Positions 32,405 through 42,575 of a DNA stretch of 64,000 bases are shown here, in pieces. Source of the DNA: an uncultured bacterium (GTDB lineage: Bacteria; Bacillota_I; Bacilli_A; RFN20; CAG-826); assembly GCA_949297805.1 (NCBI GenBank), contig CASFTG010000002.1:15871-79870 (forward strand), written 5' to 3'. The first letter of the stretch is position 1. Each line of letters opens with the position of its first letter. The position numbers and the translations under genes were made by a program. Under the pieces are notes generated by a model. The model did not search any database. It saw nothing but the letters and a program-made list of their open reading frames with translations, and had not been told where the DNA came from.

Positions 32405-33997
32405 ATGATGAAACTATCCAAATCAATTTCTTGCCTAGTGAGCAGCATTGCTCTCCTAGGCGTCTTAACCGGCTGCAACCGGGGGGAGAGCCCTTCTTCC
32501 TCCGGTTCCACCCCAGCCGGAACCAACACCAACACCGGAACCGGTGGCAGTGGCAACCGCCCCACCCATTCCGAATACGGCGAAGCCCCGGAAACCGTTA
32601 CCATCGATTTCTGGCACACCTTCGGCCAGTCGATCGTCACCCGGCTGGAAACCGTCGCCGAGGACTTCAAAGAATTAGTCCAGCAGCACGATGGGGTCAC
32701 GGTCAACGTGAACTTGTCTTATAAAGGCGGTTATGACGACCTTGAAAAAGCCGTTATCACCGGTTTCGCCGGCGGATCCTACCCCAACATCTCCGTCGCT
32801 TACCCCGATAACGTTGCCAATTTCCTCTATCAAGCCCCGACCAGCACCACCGTCGTCAACTTAGATAGTTGGATGAACGACGAGAAAGTCGGCTTCGGCA
32901 AGCAAAATTGGCTGGGCGATACTTATAGCGGGGTCCCAGCCGACAAATCCGATTTCGTCGAAGCTTTCATCGATGAATCGACCATGTATCAGAAAGATGG
33001 GTCCTATTCTTTGCCTTTCATGAAGTCATCTGAGGTCATGTTCTACAACCAGGACGCCTTTGAAAGAGCCTTCGCTCTCTACGCCCCGGCGGGAGTCGGG
33101 GATACCGAAGAGGCCATGACCAATTGGCTGGCTGGCCTAACATGGAGCGAATTCATCGATTTCAACCGCTTCATCGCGGCCAACAAGAGCAAGATTCTCT
33201 CAACCTTAGAATATCCGGTCGTCTATGACTCCGACTCCAACCTCTTCATTACCAAGTTGGCCCAAAACGACATCACCTACTCCGCTATCGGATCCGATGG
33301 CCGAGGGACTATTCCCTTCGAATCCGGTGAGCCCCGGACGAAAACCGAAGCCATCGTTCAGGAAATCGTCGATCTCTATAACGCCGGCATCCTCAATACC
33401 AAAGCCATTGAAGGGGAATACGGCTCCAACTCCTTCGTCGAGCAGGCATGTCTCTTCTCCATCGGCTCTTCCGGCGGGGCTGGCTATAACATCCCCTCCT
33501 CCAATGAATTCGAAGTCGGCGTCTGCCGGGTTCCGCCGGTCGATGACGATCACGCGATGTATATCAGCCAAGGCCCGACCTTAACGTTGTTAGAGAATTC
33601 CAACGACGCGAAAAAGAACTACTGGAACACTTACTACTCCTGGGAATTCCTCAAATACATCACCAATCCTGAGGTCAACGCCCAAATCTGCGTCTTGGGA
33701 TCGAATGGCTATGTCCCCGTCCGCGATTCGGCCTACACCACCGCGACCTATCAACGGTTCCTGAGCGCCGACCCGAACAACACACTCGTTAAATCCTCCA
33801 TCGTCGTCCAAGAGGACATCGGCATGGATGGCGAGTACATCACCAGCCCGGTCTTCGTTGGCTCAGCCAATCTCCGCGACGCGGTCGGCGGCATCTTCGC
33901 TGCCGTCGTTAGCGAAGGCTTAAGCGTCAATCAGGCCATCACGGATGCCATTACCCAGTCGAAGCAATTCTTCCATGCATTAGGAGACAAAAAATAA
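32405..33997 (+). CDS. Extracellular solute-binding lipoprotein 2 (paralog of lipoprotein 1)
   Basis: Lipobox VLTGC, FWHTFG, YPDNVA, PFMKSSEVMFYN, FSIGSSGG, QGPT, GYVPVR. Confidence 0.9.
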   Translation: MMKLSKSISCLVSSIALLGVLTGCNRGESPSSSGSTPAGTNTNTGTGGSGNRPTHSEYGEAPETVTIDFWHTFGQSIVTRLETVAEDFKELVQQHDGVTVNVNLSYKGGYDDLEKAVITGFAGGSYPNISVAYPDNVANFLYQAPTSTTVVNLDSWMNDEKVGFGKQNWLGDTYSGVPADKSDFVEAFIDESTMYQKDGSYSLPFMKSSEVMFYNQDAFERAFALYAPAGVGDTEEAMTNWLAGLTWSEFIDFNRFIAANKSKILSTLEYPVVYDSDSNLFITKLAQNDITYSAIGSDGRGTIPFESGEPRTKTEAIVQEIVDLYNAGILNTKAIEGEYGSNSFVEQACLFSIGSSGGAGYNIPSSNEFEVGVCRVPPVDDDHAMYISQGPTLTLLENSNDAKKNYWNTYYSWEFLKYITNPEVNAQICVLGSNGYVPVRDSAYTTATYQRFLSADPNNTLVKSSIVVQEDIGMDGEYITSPVFVGSANLRDAVGGIFAAVVSEGLSVNQAITDAITQSKQFFHALGDKK

Positions 33998-34009
33998 GGA
34001 GGCGGAAAT

Positions 34010-35923
34010 ATGCATAAAACGAAAGTATTTCTCACCTTGCTCGGGGTTTTGACCCTAGCGAGCTGCAATCAAAACGGAACCAGTTCTTCCTCCCCCGTCA
34101 ATACCGGAACCGGGGAGCAGACCAATTCCAATACCGAGGGTTCCACTGAGCTCCCGGAATGGGTTGATTATTCCGAACAAGTCCACCTTCAGCTCGATTA
34201 CGAAGGGAAGGATTTTTTCAAAGACGGCGTGACCCAAGTCGCCCGGGTGTTCCCGATCGATGGCGACACCGCCCACTTCGACCCTATCGGCTATACCGCC
34301 GACACCGAACGGATCAAGGCTCGTTTCTATGGCATCGACACCCCGGAATCGACCGGCGACGTCCAGCCTTGGGGGGTCCCGGCCAGCAACTACACCAAGA
34401 AGATCCTGCAAAACGCGATCGAAAACGGGACCGTCGTCATCACCGCCGACACCTATAACACTTACAAAACCCCGCAGCACGACTCGACCGGCGAACGTTA
34501 TCTCTGCTGCATCTACGTTAACGAAACCAAGAAAAACGCCCCCAAAGAGGAGATGAAACTCCTCAACCTCATGATCGTTGAGCAGGGTTATTCCTGGGCC
34601 AAAAACACCAACAGCATCCCTGAGCTTTCTGACATCTTCCAAAAAGCCACGACTCAAGCCGCGGCTTATAAGCTCAATGTCCATTCACCCGAGCCTGACC
34701 CGAGTTTCAACTACGGCGGCTACGTCCAAACTAGCCTCTTGGATATGCAAATCGAGCAGAAGAAGGCTTTGGCGGCTGAACTTGCTGGCGGGATCGCCTA
34801 TGACGGAACCCATGACATGTACCTCGTTCCGGAAAACGGGAAACTAGTCGGCAAGATCGACGATGAGATTGGCCAATCTGAATACAAAGCCGTCTTATTC
34901 GACACCGACGGCAACCTCATCAGCGAATCCAGTTATACTGAGTTCAGCGTCTTGGAAGACGACCCGACCGAACTATTGGTTGGCTATCAGGATTATTCCT
35001 CGTTGAAAACCTACTACCTCACCGGCGAGCAAACCGATGATGGCTTCACCTTAACCGACGACATCAGCAAAGCCGCCACTTATATCGGCTCCGTCAACGT
35101 CGATGGCTTCTCCATCGCCTTAGACGATCAATACCTCGCCTATGATATCGAGGGCACCGATCCTTATTTGGATTACGATTCCCGCGATTTCGTTTGGAAC
35201 TTCGATTCCAACACCAAGCAGATGTATATCAACCTGCAAAACTACTACGATAACCGGAACGTCACGGTCCAAGGCACCGTCGTCGGTTCCTCCAACAACA
35301 CCCTTTATCTGCAAGACGTCTACGAAGACGAAGAGACCGGCGAAAAACAATACGCCTCAATCAACGTCTTCCCAGGCATGGGCAGCATCTCCTCTCGCTT
35401 CACCGAGCGGAATACCTATGTTCAGGTCAAGGGCGTTGCCAAGAACTCGCAATTCGGCTTCCAAATCACCGGCTGCAACTTCCCCCTGTATAACTTTGGC
35501 GAGGAAAACGAGTCCTCGGTCATCTTGAGCGCCGAGGAAAATATCGACATCCACCAGCTCAAGGCCTTTGAGTTCACCCCGCAAGAACTAAGCGATATCG
35601 CCGACAGCAAGAACCTCGATTACCTTGGCTCCTTCGTCCGGCTTAAAGAACCGGCGACCTGCACCGGCGTCTACATCGCCCCTGGTTCCAACAAAGAGGT
35701 CACGATGTATTTCGATCTTGGCTTCTCGGTCTATAAGACCTTCACCTATGCCGGCGATCCGGACGACCCGGCCCGAATCTGGACCACCGAGGAAGATTTC
35801 GTTGGCAAGAAATTCCTGGTCGAAGGCGTCTATACCTACCACAAAGGCCAGACCTCGGGCAAAATCAGCTTCCAGATCAACCCGAGCGACCCGAGCTGCC
35901 TGACCTGGGTTCCTGAGGCATAA
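34010..35923 (+). CDS. Thermonuclease (SNase)-family lipoprotein with C-terminal OB-like domains
   Basis: Lipobox TLASC; IDGDTAHF, ARFYGIDTPE, DSTGERYL, N..IV.QGYS SNase motifs. Confidence 0.88.
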   Translation: MHKTKVFLTLLGVLTLASCNQNGTSSSSPVNTGTGEQTNSNTEGSTELPEWVDYSEQVHLQLDYEGKDFFKDGVTQVARVFPIDGDTAHFDPIGYTADTERIKARFYGIDTPESTGDVQPWGVPASNYTKKILQNAIENGTVVITADTYNTYKTPQHDSTGERYLCCIYVNETKKNAPKEEMKLLNLMIVEQGYSWAKNTNSIPELSDIFQKATTQAAAYKLNVHSPEPDPSFNYGGYVQTSLLDMQIEQKKALAAELAGGIAYDGTHDMYLVPENGKLVGKIDDEIGQSEYKAVLFDTDGNLISESSYTEFSVLEDDPTELLVGYQDYSSLKTYYLTGEQTDDGFTLTDDISKAATYIGSVNVDGFSIALDDQYLAYDIEGTDPYLDYDSRDFVWNFDSNTKQMYINLQNYYDNRNVTVQGTVVGSSNNTLYLQDVYEDEETGEKQYASINVFPGMGSISSRFTERNTYVQVKGVAKNSQFGFQITGCNFPLYNFGEENESSVILSAEENIDIHQLKAFEFTPQELSDIADSKNLDYLGSFVRLKEPATCTGVYIAPGSNKEVTMYFDLGFSVYKTFTYAGDPDDPARIWTTEEDFVGKKFLVEGVYTYHKGQTSGKISFQINPSDPSCLTWVPEA

Positions 35924-35925
35924 CG

Positions 35926-36399
35926 ATGTTTTGCTACCATTGCGGATACCATATCGACGAACATCGGATCGAGCGGAAATCCCCTTCAATCGAGAACATT
36001 GAAGGGGCCACCGCCGAAAGCCGCATCGAATACGTCTGCCCCCGTTGCGGGGAAGCCATCCACGCCGGCTCGGACGAAAAGGACATCAAAGCCCTTTCCC
36101 GGGCCGCCCACGCTGAAGTCCAGCGGGCCAACAACCATTACGCGTCCGGAATGGGCTTAGCCTCGGTCGGCGTCATTCTCCTCATCCTCGGCCTGATCTT
36201 CTATCTATTGGCCAACCGTCCAAGCAAAGGATTCATCCTCGACACCAGCTGCGCTGAATTCTATGTCTTCATCGTCTTGACGGTAATATCTTCGATTCTT
36301 TTGATCGCCGGGATTGCCTTAGTAAGCGTCGGAATCTACAAAAGGCATCTTTATCACGGCGTTCTGAAAGATATCAACAACCACACTTTCGTCCAATGA
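35926..36399 (+). CDS. Zinc-ribbon, 2-TM membrane protein of unknown function
   Basis: CYHCG...CPRCG followed by two hydrophobic helices. Confidence 0.75.
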   Translation: MFCYHCGYHIDEHRIERKSPSIENIEGATAESRIEYVCPRCGEAIHAGSDEKDIKALSRAAHAEVQRANNHYASGMGLASVGVILLILGLIFYLLANRPSKGFILDTSCAEFYVFIVLTVISSILLIAGIALVSVGIYKRHLYHGVLKDINNHTFVQ

Positions 36400-36428
36400 C
36401 GAGAGATCAAGGTAAACAAGGAGGAAAT

Positions 36429-38969
36429 ATGAAAAAAACAGTTGTTACCTTAGCCGCCCTATTGGCGCTAGGCCTCGTTGCTTGCTCGCCGGAAAACACC
36501 ACCTCCAGCAGCACGCCTGAGGAATCGCCAACGGAGACTACCACCCCCACCGAAGACGGATACACCGCCGTCACCATCAACAACAAGGCCGAATTGCAAG
36601 CAAAGTGGGACATCGAATCCGCACAAACTCGAACTTTGTCCATCTCCACCACTCCGGCCGGCAACGTTTTCTCGTTAGTCCAAACTGGAAAACTTAAAAT
36701 CACGGTCGCTGACCCAACCATCCTTTCAGTCAACGGTTTGAACATCACCCCACTCAAGAAAGGCACCACCACCCTCACCGTCACCTTAACCAACGATGAT
36801 AAGACCACCGTCGAAGATGACGTTTCCATCACTATCACTGAACGTGAATATGTCACCCCAACTCCGATTGCCCAAGCCAAGAGCCAAGTTGGCAAAATGG
36901 TCGCGATCCGGGGCGAAGTCCGGGCTTTAGACGGATCGGACGCTTATGTCGTTGACGAAACCGGCGGCATGTTCGTCTATAACTGGGCTGGAAAATCCAC
37001 CGACACCGCTCTAGACGAGGAAGGAAACTTCACTCTCGGCATGGACATCGAAGTCTACGGCGAATTAAAACAATATAATGGATTACTCGAACTTTGCTCT
37101 GGCGGGGAAGCCTATGCGGTTAAATCGCGCGAAGAAGTCACTCCGATGGAGCCCATCAGCCTCGACGAAACTGGTTATAAAGCCTTAAAGAGCACTGATT
37201 CCGGTAATATTTACAAATTCACTGCCGAGTATGTCGAAACAGAAGAAGACGGCGATGAATCGAACGTAATCTTCAAGTTAGGCGCAGAAGAAGTCACGCT
37301 CCGTACTTCTAAGTATGATCTTGAAGACGTCAACACCGTTTTTGCCCCGGGCGACGATTATGACATCGTGGCTCCGCTAACTTGGTATAACAATCCTCAA
37401 TTCGATTATTTCTCCCAAGGCGTCACCATCAGCCGCGTCGGCGGAGAAATCGTCTTAGAATCGATCGAATTAACAGCCAGCAAAGCTAACGCCAAAGTCG
37501 GGGACATCGTCTCGCTAAACTACAAAATGCTCCCGACCGGCGCCGTTGGCAAACTTACTTATGAGTTTACCGAAGGTGAAGACCTTTGCACCGTTGATGG
37601 CAACGATTTAATCATCACTGGAGCCGGCACCATTAAGGTCAAAGCCATATCCGGCGGAATTTCTTCGCCGGAGGTTACCATCACCGCGACCGAATTAGCC
37701 GACAGCACCACCGCTGTCGCGAAAACCCTCGCAAAGAATGATGCCGTCCGCGTCAAGGGCAAAGTTACCGCCATTGACGGCAAAGCTGCCTATATCACCG
37801 ATGAGACCGGCGGTATCTATGTTTACAACTTCGCGCCGGCCGATGGCTGGACCATGGGCGCCGAAGTTATCGTCACTGGTAACATCGACATCTACAACGG
37901 CCTCTATCAGGTAAAGAATGGCTCCGATCTCTGCAAGATTGAAACCACCACCGGAATCAATCCGAAAGCCGCCACTACCATCGACGAAGCCGGTTTCAAA
38001 GCCTTGACTGCCGCCGATGCCGGAAACACCTACACCTTCGTTGCTGAATACGTTAAAGGCGATGTCAACACCACCGACAAAGACGGCAAGCGCACCGCCA
38101 GCAGCGTTACCTTCCGCATGGGCAAAACCGAATTCGTCCTCCGCACCAGCAAATACGACGACGAAATCGATGTCACGCTTACCGCCGGTAAGTATTACAC
38201 CATCACCACTCCGCTCAGTTGGTACAACGGCGCTCAGTTCGCCTTCCTCTCTCAAGGCACCACTGTTACTGAATACACCGACCTCCAGGCTGCCACTGGC
38301 ATCGAGATCGTTGCTTCGGCTGATAGCGTCGGCGTTGATCAAACCATCACCTTTGAAAGCTACTTAACTCCTTTCCCCAGCACTGGGACCGTCACGTATT
38401 CGATCGTTGAAGGCTCTGAATTCGCCAAGATCGAAGGGAACAAGTTGACTGGCGTCCAAGTTGGCCAAGTGCAAGTCCAAGGGTCGATTGGTGAAGTCAA
38501 AAGCAACATCGTCACCATCACCGTAACCATGGACAAAATGGTTCTAGATTTCTCGGACGAAAAAATCAATACGCTTGGCGAATACGCTACGGAAATTTCC
38601 GCTACGAAAGTCAACATCACCGTTGGTGGCGTCAACTTCCTTTGGGAAAAAAATACGAGCAGCAGCGATATTCGTGTTTCAGGCAACAAACTTCAAGACG
38701 ACCCGATTCGTATTTATTCAGGCCAAAAGATCACTTTAACTGCTCCGACTGGTTATAACATCACCGGTGTCGTGCTGGAAGCCGGCACAGGGGATAATGC
38801 CTTCCAGGCAGATAAAATTAAGGAAATCACCGAGGGTGTTACCGCGGTGGCTGGAGAAAGCACCGGATTCCAATTCGCCAGCCCGATGAATTCCTTCTAT
38901 TTTGTGACCACCGGCAAGCAAATACGAGTCAGCACCATCACGATTAATTTAGCTAAAGCAGCTGCTTAA
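36429..38969 (+). CDS. Surface lipoprotein with repeated Ig-like and OB-fold-like modules; start MKKTVV
   Basis: Lipobox LVAC; duplicated module (DETGG.(F/Y)VYN...YNGL..., LRTSKYD, PL.WYN..QF) separated by Ig-like beta segments. Confidence 0.82.
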   Translation: MKKTVVTLAALLALGLVACSPENTTSSSTPEESPTETTTPTEDGYTAVTINNKAELQAKWDIESAQTRTLSISTTPAGNVFSLVQTGKLKITVADPTILSVNGLNITPLKKGTTTLTVTLTNDDKTTVEDDVSITITEREYVTPTPIAQAKSQVGKMVAIRGEVRALDGSDAYVVDETGGMFVYNWAGKSTDTALDEEGNFTLGMDIEVYGELKQYNGLLELCSGGEAYAVKSREEVTPMEPISLDETGYKALKSTDSGNIYKFTAEYVETEEDGDESNVIFKLGAEEVTLRTSKYDLEDVNTVFAPGDDYDIVAPLTWYNNPQFDYFSQGVTISRVGGEIVLESIELTASKANAKVGDIVSLNYKMLPTGAVGKLTYEFTEGEDLCTVDGNDLIITGAGTIKVKAISGGISSPEVTITATELADSTTAVAKTLAKNDAVRVKGKVTAIDGKAAYITDETGGIYVYNFAPADGWTMGAEVIVTGNIDIYNGLYQVKNGSDLCKIETTTGINPKAATTIDEAGFKALTAADAGNTYTFVAEYVKGDVNTTDKDGKRTASSVTFRMGKTEFVLRTSKYDDEIDVTLTAGKYYTITTPLSWYNGAQFAFLSQGTTVTEYTDLQAATGIEIVASADSVGVDQTITFESYLTPFPSTGTVTYSIVEGSEFAKIEGNKLTGVQVGQVQVQGSIGEVKSNIVTITVTMDKMVLDFSDEKINTLGEYATEISATKVNITVGGVNFLWEKNTSSSDIRVSGNKLQDDPIRIYSGQKITLTAPTGYNITGVVLEAGTGDNAFQADKIKEITEGVTAVAGESTGFQFASPMNSFYFVTTGKQIRVSTITINLAKAAA

Positions 38970-38988
38970 AACTAAGATAATTAAAGAG

Positions 38989-39017
38989 GCCCTCGGTTCA
39001 CGCCGAGGGTTTTCTTT
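38989..39017 (+). terminator. Intrinsic terminator ending the ABC-nuclease cluster
   Basis: CCCTCGG-TTCACG-CCGAGGG-TTTTCTTT. Confidence 0.85.
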
Positions 39018-39114
39018 AACGGTTCTCTTAACTGATGTGGTTTATTTGATCATGGTTAAAAAGGGGGGCTTTTAATTCTGCAGGGCTTAAGTTTTATTTC
39101 CGTCAGTTGGAATC

Positions 39115-39871
39115 TCAGAGGCCTCCTCGCCACCCACCTCGCCCCAAAACCATCGCCGCCGCGGGGAACTTCGAGGGCAACGCCGACCTCCATTACCTCA
39201 ACCCGGTGAAGAGGAACTCGAAGCCGATCGAGAGGCATTCGATGCTCTCATTCCCCGGCGTCCTCAAGGGGTATCCGGGGGTCTCGTACAGGAAGGAGAG
39301 GGCCGGCTCGAGATGGCCGTATTCCTTCCGCGACGCCGAGAAGGCCGCCAAGGAGGATGCCGACTTCCTCGCCAGGGCCGGCAAGGGCGGACACGACCAC
39401 GCCGAATACCTGAAAAGGCGCGACCACTTCGGCACGGTCGTCTTCGAATGCGACCTCGACTGGCCCCCGGAGGACGTCTACTACACCTACTCGCGGAAGT
39501 GGGAGATCGAGGTGGCCATGCGGTATTACAAGCAGTCCCTGGAGCTGGATGGGACCAGGGTCCATTCCGACCTCTCGGTCATCGGGTCGGAGTTCGTCAG
39601 CTTCCTCTCCGAGGTGATGACCTTCGACCTAATCCGGCTGCTGCAGAGGGAGAAGGTATTGGAGGAGATGACCTACGGGAAGGTGATCAAGAAGCTGGGG
39701 AGGGCCAAGAAGGTGCTCATCGACGAGGAATGGCGGTTGGCCAAGGTCAACCGGTCGACCGAGGCCCTGCTTAGGCGCCTCGGCGTGCTTCCCAAGCTCG
39801 ACGAGCAGCCCAAAGGGAAACGCGGGCGGCCCAGGAAAACGTCTGTATAGTCTACGAGATTGGGAAAATAC
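39115..39871 (+). mobile_element. 5'-truncated IS (IS4-superfamily/IS1634-like DDE transposase C-terminus)
   Basis: YYTYSRKWEIEVAMRYYK (YREK-like), C-terminal KRGRPRK; markedly higher GC than the flanks; N-terminus missing. Confidence 0.8.
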
Positions 39872-40037
39872 TAATTAATCAAAACGTTAACAGCTCTAAA
39901 CCAAAACAAGCTCAATAAGCAAACGGAATAAAGACTATTAAAAAGGCCTAGCCCCCTTGCCGCGATGTAACGATTTCTTAGACGCCTACAACCCCAGGTA
40001 ATTGTTACAAATTACCGCAAAAGGCTGCTAATAAGTC

Positions 40038-40065
40038 AAAAAGAAAAGCCATCCCAACGGACGGC
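40038..40065 (-). terminator. Intrinsic terminator
   Basis: GCCGTCC-GTTG-GGATGGC-TTTTCTTTTT. Confidence 0.75.
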
Positions 40066-40084
40066 AAATCAATGAACGGCGCAA

Positions 40085-41068
40085 TTACTTATAGCTAATG
40101 GTCTTACCCTTCTTCTTGTGCGGAACCAAGGAATAGACAACCAAGCCAATCGAGCCAAGGATAATGACGGCCGCTAGGATGTAGGAGATGACGGCGAACT
40201 CGATGACGTGATCATAGGTGCCACGCCCAGCATCGAGGAAGGACACTTTCTTGCTGTCCCAGACTTGAGCAAAGATGCCAGTTAAGAGGATCGCCGCCCC
40301 ATTGACTATGGTCCCGCCGGTGAATAGGCCCATGCCAAGTTTGCTCTCTTTCTTGTCCTTCTCGCCCTTGCAGAAGGAAGAGAAGGCGATGGCGAAGATA
40401 ACGAAGGCAACTAAGGGAATCAAGCCATAGACCAAGAACTTGGTCGAGACGATGTCCTTATTGGCAAAGGAACCAGAGGAGAGGCAAACGAAATAGGAGA
40501 CGAGGAAGGGAACGGCAACGCCCAAATCAACCGCGGCTAAGGAACCGACGATGACCTTCATCGTCCGGTTGGATTGTTCATCCTCGCCATAAAGCTTAAC
40601 AAGGGGGACGTTGGAGGCAATTAAGGCGACAATCAAGGCGATGAGGTAAATAACGATAACGAAGGCAATCTCGTCATAACCGATCTCGGTGGTGGTCAGC
40701 CGATAGAGCCAAACCGCGTTCAAGAACAAAGCGATCGAGACCATATAGCCAATGGCGATATAGGAAGCGAACCCTTTGATGACGTATTCATCGTCGTTTT
40801 TAAGAATCGACATCAACGAGTAATAGAAGCCAAAGCCCGAGATAAGCGACCCGGCGATGCCGATGGCCCCAAGCATGACCCCGAGACCAGTCGAAAAGTC
40901 ATCCGGCATATTCTCGATCGGGGCTTTGACGCCGCTGACCCAAAGGTACGGGGTGATCAAGAAGGCGAAGTAGATGGCTAAGGTCAAAAAGCCAGCGAAA
41001 AAGACGGTGAAGATAGCTAAATTAACGTATCTCATCGAGGAGTAGTTTCTAAGCGATTTGTTGTTCAT
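40085..41068 (-). CDS. Multi-pass membrane protein of unknown function (~8 TM)
   Basis: Alternating hydrophobic segments; SD GAGGA. Confidence 0.8.
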   Translation of the reverse strand: MNNKSLRNYSSMRYVNLAIFTVFFAGFLTLAIYFAFLITPYLWVSGVKAPIENMPDDFSTGLGVMLGAIGIAGSLISGFGFYYSLMSILKNDDEYVIKGFASYIAIGYMVSIALFLNAVWLYRLTTTEIGYDEIAFVIVIYLIALIVALIASNVPLVKLYGEDEQSNRTMKVIVGSLAAVDLGVAVPFLVSYFVCLSSGSFANKDIVSTKFLVYGLIPLVAFVIFAIAFSSFCKGEKDKKESKLGMGLFTGGTIVNGAAILLTGIFAQVWDSKKVSFLDAGRGTYDHVIEFAVISYILAAVIILGSIGLVVYSLVPHKKKGKTISYK

Positions 41069-41156
41069 ATCTTTTCCTCAAGTAAACGGATCCTAGGGGT
41101 CTAGAAAGCGCCGTAGAAAATTAAAGTCTATCTATTAAAGATAGTCAACACGATTT

Positions 41157-42575
41157 TTACCCGATAGGTAAGGCATTAACGACAGCAAAGACACCCTTGC
41201 TTGCCGCCTTATTGACCTCGATTTCCCCTTGGTAATCCGGAAGGGAGGAATAGAGTCCCTTAATCGCAGTTTCGCCCCTCGAAGTAGGCTTAACGATCGA
41301 AGGGGTGGCCCCAGTGATGGTAAAGCCGGTGAGCAAGGTCGAATCGACGAAGAAATAAGGGTATTTCCTTTTGGCTTCGGCGACCGCATAGACGATCGAA
41401 TCGTCTAAGGCCGGGATAATGGCTGGCAAGGACGCTAGATGGAAGCCATGGTCGGCTTGACCGCGAACTAGGCCAAAAGAATAAGGCTCGCTGCCTTTAA
41501 GGCAATCGGCCACCGATTCCGATGGCAAAGATAAGGGCAAAGAATCCCGATAGGATTCGCTTCCAATCCATTCATTGATCCGTTCAGGGTCCATAGTAGA
41601 AGGCAAGGGGACATAAAGAATCGCCAAGGAATGGCCGAGGACGGTCGTCTTATCAATGGACGGGCAGGCATAGAGCCCGTTCCCTTCCTTTAAAGCCCAG
41701 GCTGAGCCAAAAGGAAAGGGCAGCAAAGCCTTTTGGCCGTAATGAAAATAACGGGGTTCCTTAGGAGAAGACGTATGGTATAAAGCCATATCGACGTCCC
41801 GCGTCCGATTCAGGCCGAGGATATTAAGATAACTTGATTCCCGATGATTATCCTTGGCTATGAGGTCATGATATAGAGAGGATCCAATTGGCAAATCAGC
41901 GAGCAAGAAGCAATCGCCCTTAAGGGCCCGCCCCTTTCCTTGTTGGCTGAACTCAATGGCCCTGGCTTTGCCTAAGAACGTCTTAATTGAAGTCGGCTGG
42001 CAATCATAAAGGATGGTGCCCCCATGATGAAGGATGTCATGGGTTAAAGAGTCGACTAGTTTCGAGGCTTCCTCGTGGCTAAGGAAGGTGAAACGGGAGA
42101 AGGATTTCTTCTCAATCCGCGAAAGGATATCCAAGGCAAAGTGCTTGCCGAAGGCGCTAGCGGAATTCAAATCCAGGAATCCCCCAGTCCGCCGGAAGCG
42201 ATACCCTAGCGTCTTCTCCTCTTTCGCTTGACTAAGCAATATCGGCTTAGCCCCGGCAAGAGAAAGGAAAGCCGCGGCATAAAGCCCCGAAAGCGAATCC
42301 CCAATAATAATTGGCGACCCTTTGCCTAAATAACGGCCTTTCGGCGGATTAACCAAGGCCTCGGAGAAAGAGATGGTCGTCCGACGGATGAATTCCATCG
42401 TCTCGATGCAGAAATCCCCGGTATAGACGAGTTGGCCGTTGATAAAAGAGGCAGAAGCACTTACGAGCTCATATCGGAAGGCGGTCTTCTTAATCCCAAT
42501 CCGGTCGGAAAGATTTTGAATTAGATGCACCGGATCGAAAGAGGGGATCGGGACATCGCGGATGAAGTACTTCAT
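41157..42575 (-). CDS. Divergent FAD-dependent oxidoreductase-like protein; start MKYFIR
   Basis: Degenerate Rossmann motif IIIGDSLSGLYAA, ETAIKGLY; ATG overlaps the upstream stop. Confidence 0.65.
   Translation of the reverse strand: MKYFIRDVPIPSFDPVHLIQNLSDRIGIKKTAFRYELVSASASFINGQLVYTGDFCIETMEFIRRTTISFSEALVNPPKGRYLGKGSPIIIGDSLSGLYAAAFLSLAGAKPILLSQAKEEKTLGYRFRRTGGFLDLNSASAFGKHFALDILSRIEKKSFSRFTFLSHEEASKLVDSLTHDILHHGGTILYDCQPTSIKTFLGKARAIEFSQQGKGRALKGDCFLLADLPIGSSLYHDLIAKDNHRESSYLNILGLNRTRDVDMALYHTSSPKEPRYFHYGQKALLPFPFGSAWALKEGNGLYACPSIDKTTVLGHSLAILYVPLPSTMDPERINEWIGSESYRDSLPLSLPSESVADCLKGSEPYSFGLVRGQADHGFHLASLPAIIPALDDSIVYAVAEAKRKYPYFFVDSTLLTGFTITGATPSIVKPTSRGETAIKGLYSSLPDYQGEIEVNKAASKGVFAVVNALPIG

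Noticed and set aside
39997..40016. Near-perfect palindrome GGTAATTGTTACAAATTACC as a dif site or operator
   Set aside because: Does not match the XerC/D dif consensus and lies between convergent genes with no promoter to control
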